Shown here: one piece after another, positions 41,598 through 51,391 of the stretch | How positions within the stretch are numbered: the stretch's first letter is position 1 | How the letters are laid out: every line of letters begins with the position of its first letter | Source of the DNA: an uncultured delta proteobacterium | Lineage (GTDB): Bacteria; Myxococcota_A; Polyangia; Palsa-1104 | DNA: 64,000 nt | Reading direction: 5' to 3' | Assembly: GCA_963785725.1 (NCBI GenBank) | Contig: CAWAWS010000007.1 | Span: 160,001 to 224,000 of the forward strand | Notes under the pieces: model-generated | Databases searched by the model: none | Told to the model about the DNA's origin: nothing | Seen by the model: the letters and a program-made list of their open reading frames with translations, nothing else | Program-made: the position numbers and the translations under genes

Positions 41598-42413
41598 TTA
41601 CAAATCGACGCGAATCGCGGTTTTCAGCGGTCGGCCCAAGAAGCGGCTGGCCACTTCGTCGATGCGCGCGTCGTCGGTGACGTAACACTGCAAGTGGCCG
41701 GCGCCGGCGTCGTCGGCGCGCAAGAGGCCGAGCCGCGCCAACTCGTCGTGCGCGCTCTCGGCCATCGTGTCGGCGGAGTCGACGAGCGCGACCTCGCGGC
41801 CGAACACCTCGCGCGCGACGCGACCGATGAGCGGACGCAGCAGCGGATAATGCGTGCACCCGAGGACGAGCGTGTCGAGCTCGGGCGCCTCCGCCGCCAG
41901 CTCGCGCAAGTAGCGCCGCGCGACGGCGGCTGCGATGTCGTCGTCGAGCCAACCCTCCTCGGCCAGCGGCACGAGCAGCGGGCAGGCGCGCGCCGTCACG
42001 TGCATGTTCGCGTCGAGCTTGGCGATGGCGCGCGGATAACAGCCCGATCGTACCGTGCCCAGCGTACCGATGACGCCGATGTTGCCCGTGCGCGTCGCCG
42101 CGACCGCAGCCTTCGCGCCCGGCTCGATGACGCCGAGCACTGGCAACGGCAGTTGCTCGCGCAGCGCGTCGATCGCGAACGCCGACGCCGTATTGCACGC
42201 GATGACGACCATTTTCACGCCCTGCGCTACCAGGAAATCGGTGGCCATCTTCGAATATCGGAGAACGGTTTCAGCGCTCTTCGAGCCGTACGGCACGCGC
42301 GCGGTATCGCCGAGATAAACGATTTCTTCCGACGGCAGCCGCGCCGTCAGCGAGCGGGCGACCGTCAATCCTCCGACGCCGCTGTCAAAGACCCCGATTC
42401 CCGCCAAACTCAT
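41598..42413 (-). CDS. murI: Glutamate racemase
   Basis: FDSGVGGLTV, PYGSKS, ACNTAS, LGCTHYP. Confidence 0.97.
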   Translation of the reverse strand: MSLAGIGVFDSGVGGLTVARSLTARLPSEEIVYLGDTARVPYGSKSAETVLRYSKMATDFLVAQGVKMVVIACNTASAFAIDALREQLPLPVLGVIEPGAKAAVAATRTGNIGVIGTLGTVRSGCYPRAIAKLDANMHVTARACPLLVPLAEEGWLDDDIAAAVARRYLRELAAEAPELDTLVLGCTHYPLLRPLIGRVAREVFGREVALVDSADTMAESAHDELARLGLLRADDAGAGHLQCYVTDDARIDEVASRFLGRPLKTAIRVDL

Positions 42414-42587
42414 GACGCTCCTTAGCTGGAGTCAACAGTCGCCGTCAACTCGTGTGGCCATGTGGACGGACGCCCCACGATAGTGACAGGATCGTCACAC
42501 CTGCATTACAGCCGGTGAGCCAACGAATCGAGCTTTAATTTACGAGGAGTTGCGTTGCTGCGTGGGCGGGGAGAGACGCCGCGCGTG

Positions 42588-42788
42588 TCAGCGGGCTGAG
42601 ACGGTGATGGCGGGGCGGCTAGCCACAGGCAGGTTGTCCGAGCAGCTGCAATCCTGGTGGATGAAATCCCATAAAAGCTCCAGGAAAGTCTCCGGTTTCT
42701 CCTTGAGATCTCGATAGTAGTCGACGATCCCGGGGAAGGCGCATTCGGCCGCTTCGAAATCGCACTCGGTGACCATGCCGCGCATCAT
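42588..42788 (-). CDS. Small hypothetical protein
   Basis: 66 aa, globular-looking FEAAECAFPGIVDYY...PETFLELLW; no competing ORF. Confidence 0.55.
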   Translation of the reverse strand: MMRGMVTECDFEAAECAFPGIVDYYRDLKEKPETFLELLWDFIHQDCSCSDNLPVASRPAITVSAR

Positions 42789-42909
42789 GAGCCCTGATAG
42801 AGCAACCGCGATGCCATCGTCAATAGCGGAAAATTATATTGACACGTGTCTCCAGCGACAGCATTTAGTCGTGGGCGGTCATACATAAATCTCCTTCCAA
42901 TCCAGGAGC

Positions 42910-43086
42910 GTGCTGCTTGGGGAGTCGTTAGTCGAATTCAACGGGCGCGACTGCGTCCAGGTGCAACGGCGAGCTGTGGATTGGTGGTTCACGCATCGCC
43001 AACGGCTCGGCTTGGGTTTGCGCGATTTCTTCCTCCGCTGCCGCTGGAGCGACGATAGGCGCACGATCACCTTCATTCGTCCGTAA
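42910..43086 (+). CDS. Small hypothetical protein (58 aa, not in ORF track)
   Basis: Manual translation [63 protein letters not shown] just upstream, TTGACA at 42839. Confidence 0.55.
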   Translation: MLLGESLVEFNGRDCVQVQRRAVDWWFTHRQRLGLGLRDFFLRCRWSDDRRTITFIRP

Positions 43087-43212
43087 AGCGGCGGCGATTG
43101 AACGGCGCGCCACGAGCCTGCGCACGGCCCGACTTCCGGCCGCCGCGCGCTTTGCGTGCTCATCTCGTGCATCACTCTGGATTCAACGGCCGTTTCGAGG
43201 CAGATTCACGCC

Positions 43213-44130
43213 ATGCACAACCTCGCTCCGGGCCAGGACCCGTCGTGGGTCCTTCAAGTGGCCCGTCGCTGCAGCGTCGACGAGCAGCTGCCGGCTGCCG
43301 ACGTCACGCTGGCGGTGCGCGCGCAGCTCGAGCAGTCGCGGGCGCTGCCGATCGAGGTCGTGCGCGCCGAGCTGACGGAGATGCTGCTCGGTCGCGGCGT
43401 GCACGTCGCGCTGCAGTGGCTGCACGACGCCGGCCTGTTGGCGCTGTGGCTACCGGAGCTGGAGGCGACCGTCGACTTCTCGCAAGAGGCCGGCCGTAAA
43501 CACAAGGACGTCTGGGAGCATACGAAGACGGTCGTGCGCCAATCGGTGCCGCGGCCGGCGGTTCGTTGGGCGGCGCTCCTGCACGACATCGGCAAGGTGC
43601 CGACGCGCACGTTCACGCCCGACGGCGGCGTGCATTTTCATCGCCACTCGGAAGTGGGCGCGCGCATGTTCGAAGACACGGCGCGCCGCTTTCGCTTCGA
43701 CAAGCCGCTCAAACAGAAGCTCAAGTTTTTGATTTTGCACCACTTGCGGCCGAATCAGTACGAGTCGACGTGGACCGACTCGGCGGTGCGCCGCTTCGAT
43801 CGCGAGCTGCAGGAGCATCTGACCGATCTGCTCGATCTGTCGCGCGCGGACATCACGTCGGCGCGGCCGGGCAAGCGGCAGAGCGCGCTCAAGAACATCT
43901 CGGAGCTGGCGGCGCGCATTCAGGCGCTGCGCGACGAAGACGCCAAGCTGCCGCTGCTGCCGACGGGAATCGGCAACTTGATCATGGAGCACTTCCAGCT
44001 GCCGCCGTCGCGTCAGATCGGCGATCTCAAGAAGGCGCTGGAAGTGTCGGTGGAATCAGGCGAGCTGGAGGCGCGCCGCGAGGCCGAATACTACTTGGCC
44101 CACGTCGCCAAGCTGCTTGGGCGCGAGTAA
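43213..44130 (+). CDS. HD-domain protein resembling the C-terminal half of CCA-adding enzymes
   Basis: ELTEML, LPEL, HKDVWEHT, LLHDIGK, FHRHSEVGA, HHLR, RADIT. Confidence 0.85.
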   Translation: MHNLAPGQDPSWVLQVARRCSVDEQLPAADVTLAVRAQLEQSRALPIEVVRAELTEMLLGRGVHVALQWLHDAGLLALWLPELEATVDFSQEAGRKHKDVWEHTKTVVRQSVPRPAVRWAALLHDIGKVPTRTFTPDGGVHFHRHSEVGARMFEDTARRFRFDKPLKQKLKFLILHHLRPNQYESTWTDSAVRRFDRELQEHLTDLLDLSRADITSARPGKRQSALKNISELAARIQALRDEDAKLPLLPTGIGNLIMEHFQLPPSRQIGDLKKALEVSVESGELEARREAEYYLAHVAKLLGRE

Positions 44131-44856
44131 TTACCGACGCCGGCCCGTCAGTCGCAGCAAGTAAATGAAGAGGTTGATGAAGTCTAAGTAGAGGATCAGG
44201 GCGCCGTGGATGGCTTCCTTGTGGTCGTCGTCCGTGCCGGCGTTGCCGATGACGTTGAGCGTCTTGATCTTCTGCACGTCGTAGGCGGTCAGGCCGGTGA
44301 AGATGATGACGCCGAGGACGCTGAGGCCGAAGCTGAGCGTCGTGCTGCCGGGCAAGAACATGGCGACGATGCTGGCGAGGATGAGTCCCCACAAGCCCAT
44401 GATCATCATGTTGCCCATGCCGGTCAGGTTGCGCTTGGTGACGAAGCCGTAGGCGCTGATGCCGGCGAACATGCCGGCGGTGATGAAGAACGTGCTCTCG
44501 ATCGACGCCGTCGTGTAGCGCATGAAGAAGACGGAGAACGTGAGGCCGTTGACGATGGCGTAGGCGTAGAACAGCGCCGCCGTGCCGACGGACGAAAACT
44601 TCTGCGCGACGCGCGAGAAGCTCCACACCATCGCCAATTCGGCGAGCAAGAGGCCGAAGAAGACGAAGGGATTGCCGAAGATGATTTGGCGCGCCGTCGG
44701 CGAATGCGCGACGACGAGCGCGGTCAGGCCGGTCGCGGCGAGGCCGGCCGACATGATGCCGAAGACCTTGCGCATGAAGGCCGCCTGCTCGGCGGCGATC
44801 TGCGATTCGCTGAAGGCGCCAGCCGACGTCGGCTGCGATGCATTTTGAGGCAACAT
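44131..44856 (-). CDS. Bax inhibitor-1/YccA family membrane protein
   Basis: FMRKVF, NGLTFS, FTGLTAYDVQKIK, GALILYLDFINLF. Confidence 0.93.
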   Translation of the reverse strand: MLPQNASQPTSAGAFSESQIAAEQAAFMRKVFGIMSAGLAATGLTALVVAHSPTARQIIFGNPFVFFGLLLAELAMVWSFSRVAQKFSSVGTAALFYAYAIVNGLTFSVFFMRYTTASIESTFFITAGMFAGISAYGFVTKRNLTGMGNMMIMGLWGLILASIVAMFLPGSTTLSFGLSVLGVIIFTGLTAYDVQKIKTLNVIGNAGTDDDHKEAIHGALILYLDFINLFIYLLRLTGRRR

Positions 44857-44880
44857 GGGTCCCTCCCTGAAGTGGGAAGT

Positions 44881-46857
44881 TTACTCCGTAATCCGAATGG
44901 TGCCCACCTGGTCGACTTCGACGTCGCTGGCCAGCTCGGGATAGGCGAGCACCGGCAGCCGTGGATGCTCACCTTCGACGAGGCGGCGCACATGACGGCG
45001 CAATTCCGGCGAGGTGAGGATGATCGGCGTGCGAGCGCCCACCAGCTCTTTGTCGACGGAAGCGAGCAGGGCGTCGGCCAGCTCGGGCTCGAGCGCCAGG
45101 ATGACGCTGTCGCCGGCGGGCCGGAGCGCGCCGCGCACGGCCTCTTCGGCCTCCAGGTCGAGCAGCAGCGCCGAGACCCGCTTTCCCGTCGAGAACTTGT
45201 GCGTGATGATGCGCTTGAGCTGCGGGCGTACGCGTTCGGTCAGCTGCGCCGGATCGCGCGTGCCGTCGCTGACGCGCGCCAACGCCTCGAGCACGGCCGC
45301 GAGATCGCGAATGCTGACGCCTTCACCGACGAGGCGACGGAGCACGTCGGTCACGAGCGGCAAGTCGAGCCGGCCAGGGAGGAGCGCGCGCACGAGCGCC
45401 GGATGCGCCGCGGCCACGCCGTCGATGAGGCGCTGGGCTTCGTCGAGGCCGAGGAGCTCGGGCGCGGCGGCGCGCAACGTCGAGTCGAGGCGCGCGGCGA
45501 TGGCGCCCGGACCGTCGAGCAAGACGAGGCCGGTCGGACCCAAGCGCGCCACCGATGACGACGGGATCCACGACGCCGGCGCGCCCGTCGCCGGATGGTC
45601 GGTCGGCTGGCCGTCGACACCGGCGGGCAGGCGCGCCGCCGCGACGTCGACGAGCAGGCGGCCGTCGGGGATGATCGCGTCGGCGACGGGAATGCCGCGC
45701 AGGCGGATCTCGTAGCCGCGCAAGGGCAAGTGGGCATCGATCGTCAGCTGCAGCGGCGGCACCACCACGCCCAATTCGTCGGCGAGCGCGCGCGTCACCT
45801 GATGCAGCCGCGACTCGAGCGACGGCGTGGCCGCGTGCAGCGCCGGGTCCAGCGCCAGCTCCAGCGGCGCCGGCGGTCGCGGCGAATCGGCGACGGGCGC
45901 GGTCGCGGCCGCGGCCGCGAGCTGCCGGCGCGCGTAATATCCGAGCGCGGCGACGGCGACGGCGACGAGCGCGAACGGCCACAGCGGCAATCCGGGCACG
46001 AGCGCGAGCGCCGCGAGCAGGCCGGCCGTCGCCCATAACGCGCCCGGCCGCATCAGCTGACGCGCCAAGTCGGGGCCGAGCGAGCCGCCGTCTTCGTCCG
46101 AGGCGACGCGCGTGACGACCAAGCCCGCCGCCGTCGAAATGAGCAGCGCCGGCAGCTGCGACACGAGGCCGTCGCCGACGGTGAGCAGCGTATATAGCCG
46201 CGCCGCGTCGCCGATCGGCAAGTTATGGCGGACGACGCCGATGATGAGCCCGCCGGCGAGCGAAATGGCGAGGATGAGCAGGCCGGCGATGGCGTCGCCC
46301 TTGACGAAGCGCATGGCGCCGTCGAGCGCGCCGTACAGCTGCGCCTCTTTCGACAGCTCGTTGCGCCGTTTGCGCGCTTCGTTGGCGTCGACGGCGCCGG
46401 CGCGCAAGTCGGCGTCGATGGCCAGCTGCTTGCCGGGCATGGCGTCGAGCGTGAAGCGCGCCGCGACCTCGGCGACGCGCTCGGCGCCACGCGAGATGAC
46501 GACATATTGAACGATCGTGAGGATGAGGAAGACGGCGAAGCCGACGACATAGTCGCCGCGCACGACAAAAGCGCCGAATGCGTGAATGACGCGGCCGGCG
46601 TTGGCTTGCAGAAGAATCAACCGGACCGAAGAAACATTTAGCGATAATCGATAGAGCGTTGTCAGCACCAGGAGCGTTGGAAACGTCGACAGCTCCAAGG
46701 TGCGCGATGACCAGACGGCGACCAGCAAGAGCGCCACCGAGACGGCCAGGTTCAACGTGAGGAGAAGATCGAGTAAGGGCGTCGGCAGCGGGACGATCAA
46801 CATCGCCACCGCCGCGATGACGAATGCCGCGACCGCGATCGCGCCACCGCGCATCAT
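44881..46857 (-). CDS. FHIPEP-family type III export gate protein (FlhA/SctV-like)
   Basis: FPTLLVLTTLYRLSLN, RVAEVAARFTLDAMPGKQLAIDADL, DGAMRFVKGDAIAG, GDGLVSQ, EGVSIRDL. Confidence 0.93.
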   Translation of the reverse strand: MMRGGAIAVAAFVIAAVAMLIVPLPTPLLDLLLTLNLAVSVALLLVAVWSSRTLELSTFPTLLVLTTLYRLSLNVSSVRLILLQANAGRVIHAFGAFVVRGDYVVGFAVFLILTIVQYVVISRGAERVAEVAARFTLDAMPGKQLAIDADLRAGAVDANEARKRRNELSKEAQLYGALDGAMRFVKGDAIAGLLILAISLAGGLIIGVVRHNLPIGDAARLYTLLTVGDGLVSQLPALLISTAAGLVVTRVASDEDGGSLGPDLARQLMRPGALWATAGLLAALALVPGLPLWPFALVAVAVAALGYYARRQLAAAAATAPVADSPRPPAPLELALDPALHAATPSLESRLHQVTRALADELGVVVPPLQLTIDAHLPLRGYEIRLRGIPVADAIIPDGRLLVDVAAARLPAGVDGQPTDHPATGAPASWIPSSSVARLGPTGLVLLDGPGAIAARLDSTLRAAAPELLGLDEAQRLIDGVAAAHPALVRALLPGRLDLPLVTDVLRRLVGEGVSIRDLAAVLEALARVSDGTRDPAQLTERVRPQLKRIITHKFSTGKRVSALLLDLEAEEAVRGALRPAGDSVILALEPELADALLASVDKELVGARTPIILTSPELRRHVRRLVEGEHPRLPVLAYPELASDVEVDQVGTIRITE

Positions 46858-46957
46858 TCGTCCATCATTACCCGACGGCGGCGGCTGTCAACAAAGTGGC
46901 CATTAAAGTGGATCGCTTTGGCTCGGCGGATTACACTAAGGGATAAGCGAGGGACCG

Positions 46958-48136
46958 ATGGCGCGCGAGTCGGAACCGATGGAGAATTTGAAGAAGTATC
47001 GGAAATCGGGGCTCGAGCACTTCATCAAATTCGTCCGCGAGCTCCCGGTCATTCCGCCGAAAAAGATATTCGCCAAGCTGGAAGAGGCGGGTTATCGCGG
47101 GCAAGACGAAGCGCGGCGCGCGGTTTCGCTGATGGCCTATCGGCACATCAAGCGCATCAAACGCATCTATCTCGACGGCGCCAAGCGGGAAGCGGTGCTG
47201 CCGAAGTCGAACTTCTTGCTCATCGGGCCGACGGGCTGTGGCAAGACGCACTTGGTCGAGCTGCTGTTCCAGAATATTTTGCGGCTGCCGACGGTGATCG
47301 TCGATATCACGACGTATTCCGAGACCGGCTACGTCGGCCAAGATCCGAACACGATCATCACGCGGCTGTTGCACGCGGCCGACGACAACCCGCTCTTGGC
47401 GTCGATCGGCATCATCTGCCTCGACGAGTTCGACAAGATCGCGAGCGGGCAGAACAACGCCATCTTCGCCGGCGCGGGCACGACCAAAGACGTCACCGGC
47501 ATGGGCGTGCAGCGCGAGTTGCTCAAGATGTTCGAGAACGGCGAGGTCGTCGTGCCGCTCGAGCTGACGCACTCGACGTACGGCGATCACATCGTCATGT
47601 CGACGTCGGACATCGCCTTCATCGCCTGCGGCGCCTTCTCGGGGTTTCAGCAGGTGGCGCGGCGGCGCGGCGCGGTCGATCGCATCGGCTTCGGGCGCGA
47701 CAAGGCCAACAAGGTCAAGTTGCGCGGCGGCGCCGGCGCGCAAGACCAGATCGCCGTCACGTTCACGACCGAAGAGGTCGAGAACATCGCCAATTTCCAG
47801 GCTTACGGCTTCTTGCCCGAGCTGATGGCGCGCTTTACGCGCATCGTGCCCTTCCGCGCGCTCGATGCCGGCACGCTCAAGGACATCCTCAAGAACAACG
47901 TCATCGACCGTTTGACGCGCGAGTTCGAGGACGAAGGGTTCAAGCTCGTCGTCACCGAAGCGGCGTTGATGCACGTCGTCGAGCAGAGCATCCGCCGTGA
48001 GACGGGCGCGCGCGGCTTGGCGGCGATCTTGACGCGGCACCTCGAAGACGCCGCCTTCGAGGCGTTCGCCGACCACCCCGGCGGCGACGTTCGCTTGGAC
48101 CTCGAGCAAGGCGAGCTCTCGGTCAAAGTCGGCTGA
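46958..48136 (+). CDS. ClpX-like AAA+ ATPase lacking the N-terminal Zn-binding domain
   Basis: GQDEA, GPTGCGKT, GYVG, DEFDKI, GVQRELLK, IGF loop, PELMARF, TGARGL. Confidence 0.88.
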   Translation: MARESEPMENLKKYRKSGLEHFIKFVRELPVIPPKKIFAKLEEAGYRGQDEARRAVSLMAYRHIKRIKRIYLDGAKREAVLPKSNFLLIGPTGCGKTHLVELLFQNILRLPTVIVDITTYSETGYVGQDPNTIITRLLHAADDNPLLASIGIICLDEFDKIASGQNNAIFAGAGTTKDVTGMGVQRELLKMFENGEVVVPLELTHSTYGDHIVMSTSDIAFIACGAFSGFQQVARRRGAVDRIGFGRDKANKVKLRGGAGAQDQIAVTFTTEEVENIANFQAYGFLPELMARFTRIVPFRALDAGTLKDILKNNVIDRLTREFEDEGFKLVVTEAALMHVVEQSIRRETGARGLAAILTRHLEDAAFEAFADHPGGDVRLDLEQGELSVKVG

Positions 48137-48149
48137 GCAAACACGAATA

Positions 48150-48177
48150 GGCCGAGCCGTCCTCGCGACGGTCGGCC
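48150..48177. terminator. GC-rich hairpin between convergent genes
   Basis: GGCCGA-G-CCGTC / GACGG-TCGGCC stem; weak U-tract on minus strand. Confidence 0.5.
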
Positions 48178-48197
48178 CACTCGCTATCTGGCGGTCG

Positions 48198-48371
48198 CTA
48201 CAAGATGCGTCGGCGGGCCGAGAAGCCGCCGATCGCGCTGATCACCAACGCGACCAAGAAGATGACGAACAGGACCTTGGCGATGCCGGCCGAGGCCGCG
48301 GCGACGCCACCAAAGCCGAAGACGCCCGCGATCAACGCGAGCACGAGAAAGCACAGCGCCCAGTAGAGCAT
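48198..48371 (-). CDS. DUF1328/YtjA-family small membrane protein (57 aa, not in ORF track)
   Basis: [40 protein letters not shown]...; SD GGAGG. Confidence 0.9.
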   Translation of the reverse strand: MLYWALCFLVLALIAGVFGFGGVAAASAGIAKVLFVIFLVALVISAIGGFSARRRIL

Positions 48372-48429
48372 GGTTTTCCTCCAGGTTTAGCTGCCTAGGG
48401 AGAACGCAACTCTCGTTCCAACTATAGAT

Positions 48430-49089
48430 TCAGCTGGGTTGGCGGTCGAGTCGCCAGACGCGATGGTCGAGCCCGAAGAACTCGACGTGCACGGTCGGCT
48501 GCAGGCCGAGCTTGCGCGCGACCGCTTCGGACGGCGTGTTCTCGGGTCGAATGAGCGAGATGACGTGGTCGTAACCGCGGGCGAAGGCCCAGTCGCGCAC
48601 GGCGCGCGCGGCTTCGATGGCGTAGCCGCGCCGTTGGTAGGGCGCGTGGATCGTGTACGCGACCTCGGCGTGGTCGACGCCGTCGCCGAACGGCGTCTGC
48701 CGCAGCAGGCCGACGCGGCCGACCGGCTCGGCCGTGGCTTTGTCGACGACGAGCCAGAAGCCGTGGCCGTCGCGTTCGTAGCGCGCGCGGTTCTTCTCGA
48801 TCGATCGCTGCGCGCCGGCGCGATCTTCGACGGCCGGGAAATAGCGCATGACCGCGGCGTCGCCGAGCATGGCGGCCATGAAGTCGAGATCGTCGAGGGT
48901 CATCTCGCGGAGCAGCAGCCGCGTGGTTTCGACGACCGGCGGCTTGTACATCGCGCAGCGCAAGACCGGCTGGCGCGGATATTTGTCGGGCAAGAGCGGG
49001 CAGCGCAGGAACACGCTCGTGGCCGTGCGCACGTACTTCGGCGGCGCAGCGCAGCGATGGCACAGGCTCTCCGGATACGGCAACGACAT
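48430..49089 (-). CDS. RimJ/RimL-type GNAT acetyltransferase with N-terminal Cys-rich extension
   Basis: ETTRLLLRE, QRRGYAIEAA, PENTPSEAVARKLG; N-terminal CHRC...C...C. Confidence 0.85.
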   Translation of the reverse strand: MSLPYPESLCHRCAAPPKYVRTATSVFLRCPLLPDKYPRQPVLRCAMYKPPVVETTRLLLREMTLDDLDFMAAMLGDAAVMRYFPAVEDRAGAQRSIEKNRARYERDGHGFWLVVDKATAEPVGRVGLLRQTPFGDGVDHAEVAYTIHAPYQRRGYAIEAARAVRDWAFARGYDHVISLIRPENTPSEAVARKLGLQPTVHVEFFGLDHRVWRLDRQPS

Positions 49090-49155
49090 GGGGTTGACTC
49101 TTTAGCGAAGTGTAATAGAGTCTCGCGTTCGTTCGCCGAATATATGGAGTTTCCG

Positions 49156-49419
49156 ATGTCCGAAGCGACTGAAGCCAAGACCGAAGCCGTCGAGCATTCC
49201 GAGCAAAAGTGCAGCGTCGAGGCGTGCAAGCGCCCCTATCGCGCCAAAGGCTACTGCGTCACGCATTACAAGTTGTGGCGCCGCGGCGAGGTCGAGGGCC
49301 ACAAGGCTCGCTACCATATCTGCAGCAAGGAAGCCTGCAAGAAGCCGGCGGGCCGTTACGGCTTCTGCGACGAGCACCGCCCCGCGTCGAAGACCGCCGC
49401 CGCCGCTCCCGCGGCCTAA
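49156..49419 (+). CDS. Small basic protein with two C-x4-C...C-x2-H zinc-finger-like units
   Basis: CSVEAC...GYCVTH and CSKEAC...GFCDEH; SD GGAG. Confidence 0.8.
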   Translation: MSEATEAKTEAVEHSEQKCSVEACKRPYRAKGYCVTHYKLWRRGEVEGHKARYHICSKEACKKPAGRYGFCDEHRPASKTAAAAPAA

Positions 49420-49467
49420 CGAATTTCCCGCGGTAGCAATCGCTTTCGCTGCTAGCGTACTAGCTCC

Positions 49468-50742
49468 GTGGACAAAATCGTCATCAATGGCGGGCGTCGC
49501 TTGAAGGGCGAAGTCCGTGTGTCCGGCGCCAAAAACGCCGCGCTCCCCATTCTCGCCAGCGCCATCCTCGCCGGCGGCACCAGCGTATTCCGCAACGTGC
49601 CCAAGCTGATGGACGTGCGCACCATGGCCAAGCTGTTGCGCATGCTCGGCGCCGAAGTCGAGGACGCCGACAAGAGCGGCTATGCGCTCGCCGTCGGCTG
49701 CGACGGCATCCAGTCGTTCCACGCGCCTTACGAGCTGGTCAAGACGATGCGCGCGTCGGTGCTCGTCTTGGGTCCACTCGTGGCGCGGCATGGTCAAGGG
49801 ACGGTGTCGCTGCCCGGCGGCTGCAACATCGGCGCGCGCCCGATCGACCAGCACTTGAAGGGCCTCGAGGCGATGGGCGCCAAGATCACGCTCGAGCACG
49901 GCAACGTCATCGCCAAGGCCAAGCGGCTGCGCGGCGCCGACATCGTGTGCGACGTGCCGACGGTGACGGGCACCGAGAACTTGATGATGGCGGCGACGCT
50001 GGCCAAAGGGCGGACGACGATCGAGAACGCGGCGCGCGAGCCCGAGGTCGAGGAGCTGGCGCGCGTGCTGAACAAGATGGGCGCGCGCGTGCAAGGCGCC
50101 GGCACGAGCGTGATTACGATCGAAGGCGTCGATGAGCTGCAGGCGATCGAGCACGCCATCGTTCCCGATCGCATCGAAGCGGGCACGTTCATGGTGGCGG
50201 CGGCGCTGACCCGCGGCGACGTGCTCCTGCGCGACTGTCTGCCCGAGCATCTGGACGCGGTGACGGCCAAGCTGCGTTCGGCGGGCGCGGAAGTGACGAC
50301 CGAAGCCGACGGCCTGCGCGTGCGCGGCAAAGCGGACATTCACCCGGTCGATATCACGACGCAGCCGTATCCCGGGTTTCCGACGGACATGCAGGCGCAG
50401 TTCATGACGCTGGCGACGAAGGCAAAAGGGCAGAGCGTCATCACCGAGACCATCTTCGAGAACCGCTACATGCACGTCTCGGAGCTGGCGCGCATGGGCG
50501 CGGACATCCACGTCGACGGGCGCACGGCGATCATTCGCGGCGTGAAGAAGCTGACCGGCGCGACGGTGATGGCGTCCGATCTGCGCGCGTCGGCGGCGCT
50601 GATTCTGGCCGGCTTGGTCGCCGAAGGGCCGACGGACGTCTTGCGCGTCTATCACCTCGATCGCGGCTACGAGCACATCGAGAAGAAGCTGCAAAAGCTG
50701 GGCGCCGACGTCAGGCGCGTGCGCGAGCCGACGCTCGTATGA
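49468..50742 (+). CDS. murA: UDP-GlcNAc 1-carboxyvinyltransferase
   Basis: [43 protein letters not shown]. Confidence 0.98.
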   Translation: MDKIVINGGRRLKGEVRVSGAKNAALPILASAILAGGTSVFRNVPKLMDVRTMAKLLRMLGAEVEDADKSGYALAVGCDGIQSFHAPYELVKTMRASVLVLGPLVARHGQGTVSLPGGCNIGARPIDQHLKGLEAMGAKITLEHGNVIAKAKRLRGADIVCDVPTVTGTENLMMAATLAKGRTTIENAAREPEVEELARVLNKMGARVQGAGTSVITIEGVDELQAIEHAIVPDRIEAGTFMVAAALTRGDVLLRDCLPEHLDAVTAKLRSAGAEVTTEADGLRVRGKADIHPVDITTQPYPGFPTDMQAQFMTLATKAKGQSVITETIFENRYMHVSELARMGADIHVDGRTAIIRGVKKLTGATVMASDLRASAALILAGLVAEGPTDVLRVYHLDRGYEHIEKKLQKLGADVRRVREPTLV

Positions 50743-51377
50743 CCATCACGCTGGCGATGCCCAAAGGGCGCGTGCAGGACGAGGCGATCGCGCTGTTCGC
50801 GAAGGCGGGGCTCGACCTGTCGCCGATTCAGGATGGCTCGCGTCGCCTGGTGTTCGATTTGCCGGCGCTGGACCTGCGTGTGCTCGTCGTGCGCGACGCC
50901 GACGTGCCGACCTATGTCGAGCATGGCGCGGCTGATCTCGGCATCAGCGGTCGCGACGTGCTCGAGGAGCGTGGCAGCGACCTGTACGAGCCGCTCGATC
51001 TCGGCATCGGCAAGTGCCGGCTGAGCGTGGCCGAGCCGATCGACCCGCCGGTGCGCGCCGTCGACGACGAAGGCCGCGGCGCCCATCTGCGCTATTGCAC
51101 CAAATTCCCCAATTTGACGCGCCGTCACTTGGAGAAGGCCGGCATCGTCGCTGACGTCATCAAGCTCTACGGCTCCGTCGAGCTGGGCCCGCTGACCGGG
51201 CTGTCCGACCGCATCGTCGACTTGGTGTCGTCGGGCGAAACCCTACGGCAGCACCGCCTTCGCGAGATCGAGGTCATTCTCGAGGTCACGTCGCGTCTGG
51301 TGGTCAACCGCGCCGCCTGGAAGCTGAAGCGCCGTCCGATCGACGCGCTCTTGGCTCGCCTGGCAGACGTCATTTGA
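50739..51377 (+). CDS. hisG: ATP phosphoribosyltransferase (short form)
   Basis: [39 protein letters not shown]. Confidence 0.95.
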   Translation: MTITLAMPKGRVQDEAIALFAKAGLDLSPIQDGSRRLVFDLPALDLRVLVVRDADVPTYVEHGAADLGISGRDVLEERGSDLYEPLDLGIGKCRLSVAEPIDPPVRAVDDEGRGAHLRYCTKFPNLTRRHLEKAGIVADVIKLYGSVELGPLTGLSDRIVDLVSSGETLRQHRLREIEVILEVTSRLVVNRAAWKLKRRPIDALLARLADVI

Positions 51378-51391
51378 TCTAGACTGTTTCC

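Noticed and set aside
42790..43210. Structured ncRNA, or track ORFs 42846-43058, 42879-43175 and 42928-43125
   Set aside because: No recognisable RNA family; the 58-aa ORF at 42910-43086 explains the region better
48430..49089. GNAT as the histone-tail acetylase
   Set aside because: About 19 kb away, a common family, and no sequence evidence of a link
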